Source of the DNA: Yuukianura sp. NJ FZ-2021
Taxonomy: Eukaryota
Assembly (NCBI GenBank): GCA_046563655.1
Contig: CM102288.1
Span: 1,116,001-1,180,000, forward strand
DNA: 64,000 bases
Direction: 5' to 3'
The translations under genes and the position numbers were made by a program. Shown here piece by piece: positions 61,292 through 64,000 of this stretch. The number at the start of each line of letters is the position of its first letter. The first letter of the stretch is position 1. A model generated the notes under the pieces. The model was not told where the DNA came from. It made no database searches and saw nothing but the letters and a program-made list of their open reading frames with translations.

Positions 61292-62037
61292 TGCCACTTA
61301 ACTAACAAAAAAGAACAAAAGCTCCGCAAACTAATTCCAGCTTTAGAAATACTGTAAAAATCTACTAAAGCTTAGCCACTGCACTAATCTCACTCAAATT
61401 AATGCTTACACACTTTGCCTCTAACAAAAATTAGGAGAAAGTAGGCTTTCTACTAGAAAGTAGTTTTTTAAAGTAACTACAAAACAGCAACTATAATCCC
61501 AGTAAAATGTACAAATACTGAAATAGTTTGTCTAAATAGTGATGTAAATATTGTTTTTGGAAGAAAAAAATGTCGAACTAGAAAAGTTGCAAAGGGATTG
61601 TTTGAGAAATCAAAATTCACGCTAAAATCACAATTCAAGATCAAAAGTAATCACAGGTTAGAATTTAAGTAATGGGTAGTTAATGGTGAAAGTAGAAGTG
61701 AGAAAGTGTGTTTAAACTTTAGAGTTGTTTGTATTCACGGAAGGATTTACTATTTCATAAACACAAGAAAAAGTTGTGTGTGTTCAAATGATTTTTAGAA
61801 ATAGATTGTATGCTCTGTAATTACTATTTTGTGTTTGAAAACTTTTACGGATGTTGATGACGAAGAATAAATTAATACCAACTTCCGTGGGACATTTCAC
61901 TGGTCAGATCTGCCGGAATCAGATGCTCAGAAACAAATTGGAAGCAAGTCTGTCAAATTTTTGAAATTCGAACTTGGAAGTTTAATTGCAATGAAATTCT
62001 AAGAAACTTTAAGTTCTAGATATTTTTGACAAAAGTT

Positions 62038-62816
62038 TCAGAATTCTTCATGCTTTTGCTTGCTTTTCGACGATCCTGGATGTGGACTAAGGATTGCGAG
62101 GAGTCCACACTGACTTACACATTGCAGTTCACTGTCAAATCGGTTCTTGTTTCCGCCGCAGCCACCATACACCTTGAACAAAATTAAGAAATGGATGAAC
62201 ATTTAAAAAATCTCAAAAGTTTTGTTTAGAACACCAAGATTTAGAAGCTTACAAATTTTTTGCACTCTCCCTCTGCGTAGTCAAAATACCACATGATGAA
62301 GTACCCTCTACACATCCCCGTTTCGGCTGGAAGTTTGCAATTAGCTGAACAAAGTATGACAAAAGAAGCTTCAGAAAATGTCAAATAGAGTAAGGGTTAA
62401 TTTGTGTTGCGCTACCGTATTGCTTGTCAATTTTGCGCAGCGACTTTGAACATCTAGAAGTCATTACATTTGCAGAGCAGCCTTTACAACGTTGCGCACA
62501 ATTTTCGACAGTGCTAAATTTTTGCATCAAGTACTTCCCGCAAGTGTCATTCACACTCAAGCTTTCTTTCGATTCAAAAACAGCTCTGCAGTGTGGATTT
62601 GATTCAGTAATTCTGCAAACATCTTTTTAAAAAAGTTGATTCCGTCAAAATTCCTTTACCTGAAGGAAATTTTTTTCAGAAATTTTGGAGAAACTGAAAT
62701 TTTGTTTTACCTGGGCAGATATTGGGGCGGTGAACAGCTTTGGAAGGGAGTCGCTTGCTGAAACCTGGTGAAAAGACAACGAAAAACAGGAATGTAATAA
62801 TTTTCAAAACTTTCAT
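62038..62816 (-). CDS. Kunitz/BPTI-type serine protease inhibitor with N-terminal Cys-rich module (179 aa), absent from the ORF track
   Basis: Exons 62816-62711, 62622-62416, 62344-62253, 62172-62038 join in frame. Signal peptide MKVLKIITFLFFVVFSPGFS. Canonical Kunitz domain CKLPAETGMCRGYFIMWYFDYAEGECKKFVYGGCGGNKNRFDSELQCVSQC. Confidence 0.92.
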
Positions 62817-64000
62817 TACAGAACAACACATTTCGAAATTTTGAAAATTGGCTACATATGCTCTATGCTACTTATACTTATTAGTTACAGAAAGGCTTCT
62901 ACCAAAATTTTACAAGTTACTATATACATAAAACAAAAGGATAAATTAATATATTCCAGCAGATGTTGAACATTGCTTCATTTTACCGCTCGTTTTTGTA
63001 CGCCACGTCCAAATTTCATTTCATAAATTTATGCATCTAGCAACAAAGCAATTTTTGTTGTTTTCCTTATTTTCGAATTCAATACCTATGAATATCAGGG
63101 AAGAAATCTGAGAATTTTCTGATCTTGTTCATCTGCGAAATTGATCCTACTCAACATGAAGCGTCCGGAAATTTGTAAATTTAGAAAAGTCAACTTGAAA
63201 AACACAAAACAGAACAATTTTTTTGTAGTTAAAAGAGATCCGGTTGCTTTTGAAGTAACAGATGCTTCTATTTCCTGAAATAAAAAAATCCACCCTCCTA
63301 CTCCATTTCATGTCAGTCAATTCCAGAACCAACAGCAGCAGGTGAAATTGAAGTTTTTCAAGTGAAAGTCAACGGAAGAAAACAAACAGGAATAGAAAAT
63401 TATGGTTTCCACATGCTCATTTCCTCACAATTCAAAACTCCCCTTTCAAAAAAAAAAAGTTAGTTCAAAATTTTAAAAGAGAATTTGTCAACTTCTGGGG
63501 TTGAAAATGTCGCTAAAGAAGGAGAAATTCCATTTTTTTTCAATTTCCAAAAATCGGGGAATCAAAACCCACGCCAAAAATTAATTGGCAAGTTGCTGTG
63601 TCTTGTCTTGTTTTTTGAACAAATTCCAAATGCCACAACCTTGTTCTTGATCTCTGATCTTCCAAAAAGATCTTCCCTTCACGTACAATTTCCATTCCTC
63701 TTTGAAATGAAAATGAAAAGTTGAAGTGGTTAGGGCACCCGGCATTCCTAAAGAGATTTTCAACCGACCTTCACCACCAGACAAACAGCAGCTAGCCATC
63801 TTTCATCTTCTCAACTACCAAAAACGCATAACCTGAAAATGGTTACTAGCAAAGGTTACGGCGGGTAACCTTCTTAAGTCAAAGGGTTACCTTAGGGGCG
63901 AGTAACCTCATCTGGAAAAATCTTTGGACTTAAAAGGAATCCAAGCGACAAAATGTCTAAACTTAAATTTACTGTCACTTTTGCATCCCTCACCCTCCAG

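Noticed and set aside
62110..62121. GTAAGT donor-like site inside the last Kunitz exon
   Set aside because: Reading through it gives the required CxxxC spacing (CVSQC), and no downstream acceptor restores the sixth cysteine correctly.
63581..63799. Minus-strand 72-aa ORF
   Set aside because: No motif or splice support; it cannot be judged at the window edge.

Overview
AT-rich eukaryotic genomic DNA with short GT-AG introns. Gene content (ionotropic receptor, mind-meld, nemy) points to an arthropod; a hexapod or springtail-like origin is only a guess. Manual splicing gives 11 protein-coding genes: a claudin/PMP22-like 4-TM protein, unkempt, histone H3.3, a CCSMST1/UQCC4 homologue head-to-head with a core-only DNA topoisomerase III-alpha, a 141-aa orphan secreted protein, an intronless divergent ionotropic receptor, a 261-aa secreted protein, a catalytically inactive ADAM (mind-meld type), a nemy-type cytochrome b561 with three alternative first and two alternative last exons, and a 179-aa Kunitz inhibitor. 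The orphan and the Kunitz gene are invisible in the ORF track. There are also several small MITEs (hAT, pogo, Tc1-mariner) and a DINE-1/HINE-like element with 131-bp repeats. The most notable observations are the core-only Top3alpha, the orphan prepropeptide-like gene, a TGA-C-containing symmetric cassette exon in the ADAM tail, the Kunitz protein with an unrecognised 8-Cys module and HEEF terminus, and the duplicated TM6 exons of the cytochrome b561. All exon models were read by eye, and family calls come from recalled motifs rather than database searches. No rRNA, tRNA or CRISPR features were seen.
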